This document shows positions 49,701 to 59,213 of a stretch of DNA of 64,000 bases, in pieces. Below the pieces are notes generated by a model. The model was not told where the DNA came from. It was given only the letters and a program-made list of their open reading frames with translations, and did no database searches. Source of the stretch: a virus. The DNA is taken from positions 32,001 through 96,000 of IMG/VR virus record IMGVR_UViG_3300024255_000011; one strand, 5' to 3'. Within the stretch, counting starts at the first letter, position 1, and every line of letters starts with the position of its first letter. The translations under genes and the position numbers were made by a program.

Positions 49701-51456
49701 CAAGTGATCCTTCACTCCAGTCATACTGGTTGCCATCTGAAGTTTCATCATCAATCAGAGCAAGTTCTGTGTAATAAACAGAGGAGATGAAACCCATCTT
49801 ATGAGTTGAGTTATATCCATAATATCCATCCTGTTGATCAACATACTGCTTAGGAATGAAGTAACGTGGGTGCATAACACCTGATGGTCTGGGTTTGACC
49901 ACGTTAGCAATCATAATGGTTGCATTACCAATAGGTTGACCTCTCACAAAGTCTTCTTCCTCAACACCTGTCAATACACAACTGTTGAAATCATTATGGA
50001 TGATGTTGTAATTATTCATCCCAAGGAAACCATCCAGATCACCAATCTCAACATCAGCGACGATGTGAATGGTCATCTGAGGTTCTTTACCATAATAAAG
50101 TGGTCTGGATCCTGCATCAGTGGGATCTACTTTAGACTGACCAACATAACCATCAGTAAAGTTTCTGTAAAGAGTTAATGTGTCAAAAGCAGCTGTTGAC
50201 GCATTTTGAGAGATGTTCTGTAAACTTGGAAGACCATGTACATTCGTCAGAGTGAGGTTATAACCCTCTGTAATCTGAGTGAAAATGTTTGGCATGAAAT
50301 TCAGATTTCTTGCCTTATTACCATAAACATAAACTGGGTTATTGTAACCACACTCATAACCCTGAACATATGCCAAACCTGGATCTACTCTGATGGCATA
50401 AAGCCCATCTGCAGCAGTAAAGGTCAGAGGTCTCTCACTTCCACTTCTAGGGATTGGAGGATATTCACCAGTATCAGGGTCTGCGTCAAACACCCCATCA
50501 ACTATTTCAGTATTGCAATACTCAAGTGGTTTGATTGCAAAGTCATTTACAATGTAATCTCCTGATTCAGAGAATGTTCTCTTTGCAAGAATATCATACA
50601 ACCAGTCCCACTTTACTGAGGTTCCAGTCTTACCGAGAATCTCACCATTCTGAATAGTTGCAAGATGAATGAAGTCGGGAGCAACTGATTCAAAATCCAG
50701 TTTGCCCAACTTAAGTGTAATTTCTAATCTATCTGCACCAGGTGCAGCGAAGTTTGAATTCCCTTGTGAATTGTCAAGTAATGAAGTGTCTTCACTTGAT
50801 GTAATAAAATCTTCTAATACAAAGAATCCAACCTGATAATATGGGCGAGTTCCGTACTTGTCAAGAGTAATGGTTTGTTTCTCATTACGAACCATGAAAC
50901 CATTAACATAGTAAATGCCTTCATTAACAGTAAACAGTGTACCCTTACCAACTGGAGCAGAGTCGATGGGCTTACTGACGCCACTAACTCCAACCTTAGC
51001 TGTGTAAGCCTGTGGGGTATCTGTTTCTAATGTCTCTTGCTCTAAAAACTGAGTATATTCGTTAGTATTACCTGAATCCTCATATGTCACATAGAAGGTA
51101 AGGTCGTCATCATCCGTGGATTCAATTGCATATGTAACCCTTCCCTTCACTCCAGAAGTAACACCAATGAAGTTATATCCCACATACTCCTGAGGGTCTG
51201 AACCATTAGTGATGGTCGATACTCTCACGTAGGAATGTGGGTTCTCAAGAGAAAACTCACCAGGGACAACATTGTCCCCATCTTTCATAAAGTGACTGGA
51301 CAGTGACTGAATCTGATCCTGTAGGATTGATTGAGTTTGATTTAACTCCCTTGTCTGGATTGGAAACCCAGACTTGTACATAACACGATAAAAGTTCTTT
51401 TTGGGATTCCAATCATCATTATATGGGGGAATATTTAAGTTATGATTAGCAGGCAT
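43702..51456 (-). CDS. Large virion structural protein, VrlC-like/DUF4815 family
   Basis: NLNIPPYNDD...RVMYKSGFPIQTRELNQTQSILQ; AAPGADR; GLDRFKNGIVVDTF; DPIAQTF; GSLFKSQNG..WT.DQ..DMKF; directly downstream of gp8. Confidence 0.9.
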   Translation of the reverse strand: MPANHNLNIPPYNDDWNPKKNFYRVMYKSGFPIQTRELNQTQSILQDQIQSLSSHFMKDGDNVVPGEFSLENPHSYVRVSTITNGSDPQEYVGYNFIGVTSGVKGRVTYAIESTDDDDLTFYVTYEDSGNTNEYTQFLEQETLETDTPQAYTAKVGVSGVSKPIDSAPVGKGTLFTVNEGIYYVNGFMVRNEKQTITLDKYGTRPYYQVGFFVLEDFITSSEDTSLLDNSQGNSNFAAPGADRLEITLKLGKLDFESVAPDFIHLATIQNGEILGKTGTSVKWDWLYDILAKRTFSESGDYIVNDFAIKPLEYCNTEIVDGVFDADPDTGEYPPIPRSGSERPLTFTAADGLYAIRVDPGLAYVQGYECGYNNPVYVYGNKARNLNFMPNIFTQITEGYNLTLTNVHGLPSLQNISQNASTAAFDTLTLYRNFTDGYVGQSKVDPTDAGSRPLYYGKEPQMTIHIVADVEIGDLDGFLGMNNYNIIHNDFNSCVLTGVEEEDFVRGQPIGNATIMIANVVKPRPSGVMHPRYFIPKQYVDQQDGYYGYNSTHKMGFISSVYYTELALIDDETSDGNQYDWSEGSLVFGQQSQSFATVEPGSSKDFLLVSNVIGGFQNGENLVQIVEGTSNRKISRLIKSNEVVDFQFYTAGTTNGDLGTDTEIKVSAIGAKTTLEIGTHFTYNAFLNKFVPTSEGRKKLYNFPYPEGSILNERVNYVLETNNSKAKGYAITAPGKISNTITKTKSIYSNLTASNLDKFSADISVQNNVDAEVYDVADRSLFSGVAGQNFITCDNFSGDASEELIANDVVTFVDDTGKSVSKLVLFATKPVGYGEQRSQSTIYFTTALPDKVTGKTVQRIRVKSKGNEDQDLVFSLPVKTVASLQSDPITTRINYRVYRQFVESAVQGATSITLSTDRDNERFVTDPSGVNIAIIRNTGGSSVTPVGRSIVVTNVILNQDDNRQAQFELSEPVPSNCTIKVLAPTQVIDAIAKQKLDKNTLIEIEPQTSDLLTEISKIPSNSLLSLGIADVHKINQITMGAAPGEPGAVDVTVNYLLDDGQRDNFYDISRIYLKPGMPPAVDTLYVDLQYFEHSGDGDFFSVDSYTHDLGVPYKDIPTFVRGRNLPLQLSDKEGTVVELRDCVDFRPIVNTLAEGANSKESKIPTIVDGVSSFNAINYRDTSNGGNGFVPRLPIPFTPFQSDLEYYLPRIDSLFLDKNGKMILLEGNAAISPRRPSDITTAIRLYDLYLPAYTFSVEDIHVKKFNYRRYTMADIAAIDRKVDNIHQVVTLSLLEQGALNMSVRDAVTGLDRFKNGIVVDTFANHSKGDVGTIPYRNSIDPKFSHLRAPHFTDQVELEEKNQTDLQRQGSNYINNNGIITVPYKQSVFTTNPFATGTVNLQPYSVFTYKGNLVLDPEIDTFRDVTRLPNLVIEDNTLFDAMVNLTDEMRTSGLGTVWGDWETTGISSTSSTRQSQNGRATVNITETTESTQQVRSQTQTTFNVNTSSIKRTSYGDRVTDVQLQETMRSGGIDFTATRLKPNTRYYAFFDDIDVTAWCSIDEMLSDFPDGKKRYVAPPNRHRKGFGVPLISDGDGVLQGEFIIPNGRPPVPGTQFNGRMSSIQYQTSGPTRSFATGSRLLRFTTSPTNTKNEQDLEGYAEKMFTSSGIMLDKQETIVATRLPDIQSRTTQTDQQSRTLTSTGISDVDVDVRGPDVIERIIIRDPEPVHQDPIAQTFLVDDTNPDGIFLTELDAFFSSKDNVHGVHAFIVTTDGAIPTTTILPHSHVTKSPDTILRVRCELPTDVDLSVLQNGFELNGTESGATGVIKSNVTFESPTANPGANVQNKVYNVILSNYDGDFIPGEIVTCPNLVGIKAEPTFTICNDEVEITRVDLTNMGTKYDDTTVVEFSIPELPGGRTATGVVKVAPINDNVMDPSMYVPGHDGQVYEIILTDPGSGYTRVPQVTIIGEGGNAEAGCRVKDSTPGVIMGVATSDDGSVPTTFKFSSPVYLMGNTEYAVVLTSPNSLEYRSYVSKLGEDIVGTNTRVTRNAVLGSLFKSQNGALWTEDQTQDMKFTLRRADFEPNVSANIILQNAPLFDKVLELDSIETSSLDVSRSSRIFGMNPRVLKVYQYNHGLSVGDYCAISGVTGTGTDGDSVGGIPIEEINNLHEVLDVDLHHFSIMVSTPSTLTLKGGGSNIRCSYGRPYEVINAYTGLVVYSSSLVGATNRATQTVGLSPVMLDSEGKEIKYNQNNNYILDDIVPIQLMESYYYNEPMQVANYLNELKYNDGIHMRGEKSIETTIRMSSVDNKVSPVFDIQRTNMTLVRNLIDYPKPLTSSLGATTKVITFNERVDLKVGEQLDIDNISTKVAAVEGNKKSIMVYTEPGDKIRRSSVFSKSELNDIGIKQVVNRQSQVFSPETEVVGSVFAKWTSKLFVFENMCDGIELKLSSVYYSADSIKVYYRPRNIGFDADITSIPWIPFNPNQVLPDEQRRVTEDNEIIWPTDPDYSQTLPLYRTPGLPNNVNLIKPRSTDSVDPAMIQANEWQSLTWSAQDLAKFDAISIKIVMTSNNPALAPLIDDMQLVVSE

Positions 51457-51478
51457 CTAACTGTTACTTTTCAGTTAT

Positions 51479-52999
51479 TTAGAAGGTGATGGTGAGGCTT
51501 ACTCTCTCGCTCTGAGTTGGCGTTCTGGTGATTGGTGACAGGTTTGTTAGGTAAGTCATATAACCAGAATACTTTGCGATTTCTGGTCCAGCGTAACCTT
51601 TGAAAAATGACAATCCCATAAAGTCATCAATAAAGAAAATATCTGGACTTACAATCTTCCCACTCTCAGACCCAATAATCTGATTCTCTCTCTTCAACTT
51701 ATACGTCTGTCCTTTGTGGTCTACTGTTGAATCATTGTAAACCACTCTTAGGATACTGTTTTCTGAGTCCCAACCAACAACCAATCCAGTAGCAGTTTCT
51801 GCTTGATAAAAATACTCTGCTTCTTGTGTAACCAACTCACCAATAATGAAGTCTCCTGGACCATTAACATTCTCAACTTTGATTGCATGGACTGCATTCA
51901 ATGTGTCATTGTTCTTAAAATCATCATCTGAGAATTCCACTTCCTTCAGAATTCCAATCTGTCTAAACTGGGTGTCAGTAAAGAAGTCTGTTAGGTTATC
52001 TTTGAGATTTGCAAACACACAAACAGTCCTTGATGACAACTGTCTTGATAATTGCTCCTTTGCTCTCTTCTCAAAATCAATAATCTCTTCCCTGATTCTC
52101 ATTGAGGCACCCCAACCACCAGGAGGAGAAATGATAACTGTGGACCTGAATCTGCCATCACCTTGTGGGTTTAGTCCATTTCTCTTATCATCAAGTTGTG
52201 CTAACCCCTTATAAACTCTCCCTGATGCCCAATCCAACTTAGCGTGAGTGTAACCACTTCCTGGTCTTATAATCTCAACCTCAGTTACAACACCTCTCCT
52301 TATTCTAACTTTAGCAACTGCACCAAATCCATCACCAACAATGTTACAGTAGTAATCTGGAACATCTGCAATTGGACCTTCTGGGTTGTTGGTAAACCTA
52401 CTTCCACCATCATCAACCAATACAGTAAACACTGCCCCTGGTTCAGTATCTGTTACATCATCTGATGTAATTGGAATTAGATTATTAGTAGCATAGTTCT
52501 TTTGATTGAATGTATCAACCTTAAACAACTTCAACCACTGATAACCATCAGAAGTAACAAAGGGTACATCTGCAATGTTCTGTGGTTCAACTAAGGATGG
52601 TTTGTCATAGTTGTTAAAAAGACAAACATAAACATAGTTATTACTACTCAACACATAATACACAGCATCAAAGAGGTTAGACGCCCCAGAAAATGATGGT
52701 GTCTCTTTGTTATAATCGTGTCTGTACATATCAAACACAGTTCCTGAGTGCCAGGAAATCCTGGGAATCATCATGTGTACATCTAAGTCATTGATTCTTT
52801 TCAATGACAACATATCATTGTGAACCTGATAGTATTCCTTAAAGTTGTTGGTAGGAATAGGTGGCTCTGCATCATTTGGCCATGGTTGTGACTTACCAAT
52901 AAACAGGTAAGCACTTGCATCACCATCTGCTTCATTGTATGATTCGATTAAGTTTTGTGCATTCCTAGTTCTAGAATCGTTAGAATTTAGCGTCGCCAT
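51479..52999 (-). CDS. gp8: Baseplate wedge subunit gp8
   Basis: YLFIGKSQPW...IPRISW.SGT.FDMY...YYV.....VYVCL.N...TSDGYQWL; FRQIGIL; SGYMTYL.N..PITR...QSE. Confidence 0.92.
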   Translation of the reverse strand: MATLNSNDSRTRNAQNLIESYNEADGDASAYLFIGKSQPWPNDAEPPIPTNNFKEYYQVHNDMLSLKRINDLDVHMMIPRISWHSGTVFDMYRHDYNKETPSFSGASNLFDAVYYVLSSNNYVYVCLFNNYDKPSLVEPQNIADVPFVTSDGYQWLKLFKVDTFNQKNYATNNLIPITSDDVTDTEPGAVFTVLVDDGGSRFTNNPEGPIADVPDYYCNIVGDGFGAVAKVRIRRGVVTEVEIIRPGSGYTHAKLDWASGRVYKGLAQLDDKRNGLNPQGDGRFRSTVIISPPGGWGASMRIREEIIDFEKRAKEQLSRQLSSRTVCVFANLKDNLTDFFTDTQFRQIGILKEVEFSDDDFKNNDTLNAVHAIKVENVNGPGDFIIGELVTQEAEYFYQAETATGLVVGWDSENSILRVVYNDSTVDHKGQTYKLKRENQIIGSESGKIVSPDIFFIDDFMGLSFFKGYAGPEIAKYSGYMTYLTNLSPITRTPTQSERVSLTITF

Positions 53000-53024
53000 T
53001 CTATCTCTACTTTTTGTTATTTAT

Positions 53025-56000
53025 TTACAAGAATTGTACTTCATCCACCTTGAAGGTTTGGGTCTTCATGTCATTAACCCTTAGGTCAGCAAACATAATA
53101 AACCCACTTGGATGAATTACTTTCTTGACTGTTGAATCATAAATTGATTTCTCTAAAGGAGAAGAGATAACATAAGAGAACCACTGATAATAATAAGAGT
53201 CTTGGATGACAGCATAAGATTCACTTATCTTAGAAGTATCATCTAAGAAGTCTCCCCTTGGTGAAGAAACTCCATCAACAACAATTCTTGCATCAGATTG
53301 ACCTTCAAGAATAACCATTCCATTGCCACCACGCTCAGTAAACAACATCTCTCCAGATTTCAACTTGCCACTTACATTAGCAAGTGTGATGATTTGATTA
53401 TGTGGCTCATAATCAACAACTGTAGCTGTCACCATATCATAGAAGTCTGTGCCTTGATACGCGGTATCACCAATTTTAAACTCATCAGTTGGATTCAAAA
53501 GAACGACTCTTGTGTGAATCATCAACTCTGGTTTTAGTGATCTGTCAGGAGAAATCTTTCTCCCTGGATCCACAACCTCTAATGACTTAAGTTTACCAAT
53601 GTCTTCTGTTAGTGGCAAATACTTACCTTTACTCTCAACCAAAATCAACTCAGGTTCCACATAATCAGTTCCTGGTTTTACAATTTTGATCTCAACAATG
53701 GCACCATTCTCAACAATTACATCAGCCTCAGCACCATAACCACTCTGTATCAAATCAACAAATATGGCTCTGGGTTTAGAATACCTGTTTCCACCATATT
53801 CAATTTGAACTTCCTTGATGGATGTTCCATCCATAATGATCTTGGTGGTTGCTCTATCAACATACTTTTTATAAAGTCCCTCAATCTTAGGTAATGTTTC
53901 ATACTGATAACCAGGTGAAGTAACTTTTACAAGTGCTGCTTCATTCTGTGGATACTTGGAAGATGTGTAATAAGAAAGATGATCATCTTCTCCCAATGTG
54001 CTTGGTGTGTAGATATTGAACTGATTCTTATCTAAGAACTTAGGCCAGATAATCTTACATGTGTCCTGTCTGTAATGAATGCCACCATATTCAACATTGA
54101 TTTGCTTAATGTAACCACCCTCAGATAATGGAGCAACAATACAATAAGCGTATCCACCAACACCACCATTACCATAGAACCAGATGTAGAAGTTATCTGG
54201 ATAATACTTACCTCTGAAGGTCAGTTCAACATCAATAACTTTACCATCCTCAACAATACCATAACCCTCTGCTGGCTCAACAAAACCAGATTCAACAACT
54301 TCAAAGGTTTTGCCTCTGAGTTCATCATGGACAGTTTCATTGATAATTACCTGGTCACCTGCTCTCTGCATGTGTGGAACTTTAGTCCTGATGGTGTACA
54401 GAGACCTTGTCATGTTAAAGGTAGGAGTACCATCCAACAACTCCTTAATGTATGGGTCACCCCTTCTTACCACTGCTGCAGCAGGTGTTCCACCCTCAGC
54501 AATACTAACAATATAAGCTTCTTCAATGCCACTGGTTCCAGGTGCACCATTGATAAATCTAATCTTGTCATCAGGATAGAAGTGTTTTAGTTGCTCAAAC
54601 CAAATGTAATTCAATCCAAGATACTTCAGAAGTAAGTCATCATCCAAGTCACCAGGTGGGAAGATTGGACCTGGTCTTAGTGGAGGTTTATTTCCATCAC
54701 CACTAGGATCATGTGCAGACACATCAGTTGCATACTTGTTAGGCATGATACCTAATGGGTTGGTAATAATCCACTGAGATTGTCCTCTGGATCTAAACCT
54801 GATGTACATCTTACCTGTTATAGGTGACCACCACATCACACCATCTCTCAATGCTGTACCATCTGGCATCGCTCTTGGTTGAGTCAGTTTTACAATGACA
54901 AAAAGTGATGTTTCATATTGATGTTTCCATGGGTGTTCTCTTTCTGGGGTGTACCAGTTTGGTACATCTGATGCACCTTCACCTGAAGGTGGATGTTCAC
55001 CAGGAATCCAACCATTGGGGTCTGTACATATCCACTGTTCTCCATACCACATGTACAGGAGTGCAGTTTGTGGAGACCACCACATGTCACCATATTGGAG
55101 TGGACCACCACTCTTACGCTCACTTGGTGCCCAGTTAGAAATAGTTGTTAGGAGGGCTTCCTGCTCCTTCTGGATACCTGAGGATCCATTGGGATCATCA
55201 AACCCATGTGACTTATCTAAAGCACCAACAGTTGGGAGAGTGCCAGTTGGTTGAGTACAAACCCATTGCTTGGATCCATCTTCATCAACATACCAGATAA
55301 ACAACCTTCCTGTCTGATTAGAATACCAGAGGTCCCCAGCAACTAATTCCTCAAGTTCTACATTTGGTTCAATAACACCAAAATAAGTTGTGGATCCCAA
55401 TGAAGTCAAAACTCCACTTTCAGTTTTATCTAACTTTTCATCTGCATACAATCTTAATAGGTGTTGGTCATCCTCAGACAGAATCTCCAACATTTCTTCT
55501 GTATTAACATTATAATTCTTAAGAATAATGTTGCCCTGATTATCAATAATGTTTGGAATAAGAATCAGTTGCTTCCTGTTATCTCTGATTGTGTCTCCAT
55601 ATTGTATGAGGTTTTTGGATGTAATAATGATAGTAACATCACTGGTTTCCACATCATAATCCCACACAACGCCTTTTGCATAAGATGAGGAAATGATTCC
55701 AGTACCTCTAACAAACACATGTGACCTGTCACCAATAAACTCACTTCCATCTGGATTCAGGAACTGACAGGCATTCAAATTAACAATCTGAATGTGTGAG
55801 ATAACAACAGTTCTAATATCTTCACCCACAGAGTCCTTAACTGGTTCTCCCTTAATGAAAGACACTCTACCTTCTGCACCTGCACCACCAGTGTCATAAT
55901 TATCAACATAAGTGATATCACCAACTTTAGTGGTGTTTGGTAATCCACTCTGTACAACAATCTCAGAAACTGAACCAGATAATGTATCTGAGATCTCAAC

Positions 56001-59000
56001 TTCTAATTCATCCTTAGTGGATGTCAGATATATGTTCCTGTATCTTTCAACATCATCATAATTGAATATCAGTTTTGTCTCATCATAAGAACTTGCTGCA
56101 TCATAAACAACAGTGTTGATAGGAACAAGTGATTCATTGATTTCTACACTGACCTGTTGTGATAATGGTCTGTTACAGAAGGTAGGACCAATGATATATG
56201 GATATTCAGGTTCACCTTGATATGTTGTTGTAACAAAGTACGCTCTTATTCCATCAGGGTACAATTCCTGTGGGAAGTCAGGTGTGTTACAGATTACTGA
56301 GTTACATTCATCCAGAAGTCCTGGATATTGTCCATCAATCTTATCTGGTAATCTTGCATAAGCAAGATACTCCTTTCCAGATGGATTTGTCTTGATTCTC
56401 TCTGGAATCTCTGTATCAATATACTTTCTTTGTAAAAGTTTTTGTATTGCTGCATCTGGGTCATATGTGTAATCCTCAATGAAAGTACCCATATAATAGG
56501 TTGACTCATCAGGAGGAAGTGTTCCAACTGTATCAAAGTTGCCACCACCAGCAATAAGTTCAGATCTGTCTTCTGCTAACACATAAGAACTTCTGTAATG
56601 GACATATCCATCAGAACTGTCATGTTTGTTCGCATAACCATAAGATCCATAAATTGGGTTACCATCATACGCCCAACCTAAGATTGGGGAGTGATTATTG
56701 GGCACTTCCTCTAAGAAGTCAGCAAGTTTGTCAGGTTTGATAATATATCCATAATCTGACCTTACATCTTCTTTATTCTCAAAAACAAACCCATTGTTGA
56801 TATCATAGTTCCAATTTCTTGTTTCCACAATTTGGTAGTGTCTATCAAAGTGATAAAACTGAATAAATCCCTCAACTTCTGCATTTTCGCCTTTTGAGGT
56901 AATTACACAATAAGTGGAATCTGGATCATAGTCAATTCCAGGATAAACTACAGAAACACTGGTAATTTCACCATCTGCAATTTCACATGAGAAAACTGCA
57001 CCTTTTCCTCTACCAGATGCATCAACTGCACTGATAGTAGGTACATCATTGTAAAACCGACCTCCACCTGCTAAATTCGCTTTTGTAATCCTTCCAAACT
57101 TGTCATAATTGAATAATATGTCTGCACCCTCTCCTCCACTGATTCTGACTTCAGGATTAGAGGTGTAATTTGTTTTTGTCTCATTTGTGATTCCAACAAC
57201 TGTTCCCTCATCCAAAATAATGGTTTCATCCACTTTTTGGCCATCAATCACCAAAGTGGGATTCACATAACCAGTTCCACCCGCTAAAATCTTATAATGA
57301 GTGATTGAACCTTGATAAACCTTGTGTGGGTCATTACAACTGTAAGCAGGAACACCATCAACAAACAAACCAATGGCATCTGTGCCTTTAGTCAGAATTT
57401 GCTCATTTGGAAGGATTCTTTCTCTTCTGGGAATGACATGGAGTTGGTTTTTGCCAGTTAACTCAGGACCAACTGATAAATCAGATTTTTTGCCTTCAAT
57501 CACCAAACTAAAGGTATCTGAGTCACTCATAAGATCCTCAAACTTCTCTGTACCTAAAAGTTCAATGTCCCTGTTACTAAATGGTCCAATAGTGAACATT
57601 GGGAGGTTAGAGGATGATGCAAACACATATTTGTCATCAAAATAAATGCCACTTATTCCATAAGTGTAATTACTAACAAAATTGACAAATCTTATCCTGT
57701 CTGTTTGTGTTGCAAGAAAATCATCATAGTTCTCAATAAGAGAACCCATAATTGGTTCCCTGTAGTCAATTCTACCTGGTCCATTAGGAGTTACAATATC
57801 AGAGGTTGTATGTAACAACCCTGGATCATGAACCTTAACAGATTTTGCTAATCCAAGTGGGAATGACCTTGAGCAGTGAGTTTGTCCATCAGAATCAGTA
57901 ATATACCCTTCATAATAGTAAGGACCCATAACAGTGGTCCCCTCATGATGAGGAGCATCAGATCCAATGTACCCACGCTTACAATCAAAGAACTGATTGA
58001 AGGACTTTGACCCATAATAGATACCTTCACCCCCAACCACAACAACACCACTGTCAGGGAACCCCAGAGTGGTCTCTACAGTGATTGTGTAAACATCCAC
58101 CCCATCATCATCTGTTCCATACATGAACAGTGGTCTTGTTAACTTGGTTTTGGGGTTAGCAACAGTTTCCCCATTGATATTGTCCTTCTCAACATAAATT
58201 TCATATTGCACTTCATCTTCATAAGAATAATGTGACGCATAATCAACAATAATGGATCCATAGATCTTATTATCATTATATGACTTCAGTTGTAACTGAG
58301 ATCCAATCAATTTGTCTGGATTGGTGGCAGGAAACTCCTGATTAGACAATGGGAAGGATACTGGTACTAATCTCAGTAACATTCCTTCATACCAAGTGGA
58401 ATCAGAAGGAATAATCATCCTGTCTCCAGGATATGACACTTCTATGTCATTCTCAGCATAAAGAATCTTGAATAACGCTTTGATACCAAGTTTAGTGCCC
58501 TTGGACTGAAAGAAATCTCTAATATTTTCTAATACAGTAGATCTGTCAATTAGTTTAGAAACCTTCTTAGCATCAAACCCCTCCGCAAAGGTTTTATGGA
58601 TGATATCCAAGAAAGCAGACATGAAAAGTCCACTTAAGTTGTAAACTTTGGCACCAGGGAAGTGACTTGCTGCTTCAGTGGTTTTATACACTGATTCAGT
58701 AATAAGATTTCCCAATAATGTTGTTCCAGACGCCCCTCTTTGGAGATCATAAAAAATATTACCTGTTCTGTAACGATATAAGATGATTTCATCATCAATC
58801 ATCAAAATTCCATCTTTTTCTGGAAATCCTTCTCCAGAAAAGAGTACCAGTTTCTCATCTTCATAACTGGCAAGTATTTGTCTGGACTTATCTAACTGGA
58901 TTCTACTTTTATTGGTGTCAATTGAGTTATCCAACTCAGTATTGATGAGTGGAGTGTAAAGTTGTTCTGTGGATTCAGTTGTATCATTGAATTTCTGGGA

Positions 59001-59213
59001 AAGATAAGAAAACTCAGTGATTGGTTTGGCATAGGTATCTAAATCCCTATACTTCTGTAAGTTTTGTAATAAATCTTGAGAAAACCCAATGCGCTCTTCA
59101 CTTTGTTCTGCATATTCCATGAACTCCACAAATCTTGTGTAGTTCTCGACAATCCACAGAGGTAGAGTGGTGTCAACTTGTGATGATGGAGTTACCTTCT
59201 TATCAAAATTCAT
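53025..59213 (-). CDS. gp7: Baseplate wedge initiator gp7 (cyanophage-type, with a YHYH-like domain)
   Basis: IRDFFQSKGT...LFKILY; HSPILGWAYDGNPIYG; C-terminal IQDSYYYQWFSYVI.S...VKKVIHPSGF; lies between gp6 and gp8. Confidence 0.88.
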   Translation of the reverse strand: MNFDKKVTPSSQVDTTLPLWIVENYTRFVEFMEYAEQSEERIGFSQDLLQNLQKYRDLDTYAKPITEFSYLSQKFNDTTESTEQLYTPLINTELDNSIDTNKSRIQLDKSRQILASYEDEKLVLFSGEGFPEKDGILMIDDEIILYRYRTGNIFYDLQRGASGTTLLGNLITESVYKTTEAASHFPGAKVYNLSGLFMSAFLDIIHKTFAEGFDAKKVSKLIDRSTVLENIRDFFQSKGTKLGIKALFKILYAENDIEVSYPGDRMIIPSDSTWYEGMLLRLVPVSFPLSNQEFPATNPDKLIGSQLQLKSYNDNKIYGSIIVDYASHYSYEDEVQYEIYVEKDNINGETVANPKTKLTRPLFMYGTDDDGVDVYTITVETTLGFPDSGVVVVGGEGIYYGSKSFNQFFDCKRGYIGSDAPHHEGTTVMGPYYYEGYITDSDGQTHCSRSFPLGLAKSVKVHDPGLLHTTSDIVTPNGPGRIDYREPIMGSLIENYDDFLATQTDRIRFVNFVSNYTYGISGIYFDDKYVFASSSNLPMFTIGPFSNRDIELLGTEKFEDLMSDSDTFSLVIEGKKSDLSVGPELTGKNQLHVIPRRERILPNEQILTKGTDAIGLFVDGVPAYSCNDPHKVYQGSITHYKILAGGTGYVNPTLVIDGQKVDETIILDEGTVVGITNETKTNYTSNPEVRISGGEGADILFNYDKFGRITKANLAGGGRFYNDVPTISAVDASGRGKGAVFSCEIADGEITSVSVVYPGIDYDPDSTYCVITSKGENAEVEGFIQFYHFDRHYQIVETRNWNYDINNGFVFENKEDVRSDYGYIIKPDKLADFLEEVPNNHSPILGWAYDGNPIYGSYGYANKHDSSDGYVHYRSSYVLAEDRSELIAGGGNFDTVGTLPPDESTYYMGTFIEDYTYDPDAAIQKLLQRKYIDTEIPERIKTNPSGKEYLAYARLPDKIDGQYPGLLDECNSVICNTPDFPQELYPDGIRAYFVTTTYQGEPEYPYIIGPTFCNRPLSQQVSVEINESLVPINTVVYDAASSYDETKLIFNYDDVERYRNIYLTSTKDELEVEISDTLSGSVSEIVVQSGLPNTTKVGDITYVDNYDTGGAGAEGRVSFIKGEPVKDSVGEDIRTVVISHIQIVNLNACQFLNPDGSEFIGDRSHVFVRGTGIISSSYAKGVVWDYDVETSDVTIIITSKNLIQYGDTIRDNRKQLILIPNIIDNQGNIILKNYNVNTEEMLEILSEDDQHLLRLYADEKLDKTESGVLTSLGSTTYFGVIEPNVELEELVAGDLWYSNQTGRLFIWYVDEDGSKQWVCTQPTGTLPTVGALDKSHGFDDPNGSSGIQKEQEALLTTISNWAPSERKSGGPLQYGDMWWSPQTALLYMWYGEQWICTDPNGWIPGEHPPSGEGASDVPNWYTPEREHPWKHQYETSLFVIVKLTQPRAMPDGTALRDGVMWWSPITGKMYIRFRSRGQSQWIITNPLGIMPNKYATDVSAHDPSGDGNKPPLRPGPIFPPGDLDDDLLLKYLGLNYIWFEQLKHFYPDDKIRFINGAPGTSGIEEAYIVSIAEGGTPAAAVVRRGDPYIKELLDGTPTFNMTRSLYTIRTKVPHMQRAGDQVIINETVHDELRGKTFEVVESGFVEPAEGYGIVEDGKVIDVELTFRGKYYPDNFYIWFYGNGGVGGYAYCIVAPLSEGGYIKQINVEYGGIHYRQDTCKIIWPKFLDKNQFNIYTPSTLGEDDHLSYYTSSKYPQNEAALVKVTSPGYQYETLPKIEGLYKKYVDRATTKIIMDGTSIKEVQIEYGGNRYSKPRAIFVDLIQSGYGAEADVIVENGAIVEIKIVKPGTDYVEPELILVESKGKYLPLTEDIGKLKSLEVVDPGRKISPDRSLKPELMIHTRVVLLNPTDEFKIGDTAYQGTDFYDMVTATVVDYEPHNQIITLANVSGKLKSGEMLFTERGGNGMVILEGQSDARIVVDGVSSPRGDFLDDTSKISESYAVIQDSYYYQWFSYVISSPLEKSIYDSTVKKVIHPSGFIMFADLRVNDMKTQTFKVDEVQFL

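Noticed and set aside
16184-59213. Inteins or group I introns explaining the giant ORFs
   Set aside because: No intein splice-junction blocks or LAGLIDADG motifs recognised, and no interrupted reading frames; the size is explained by domain repeats.
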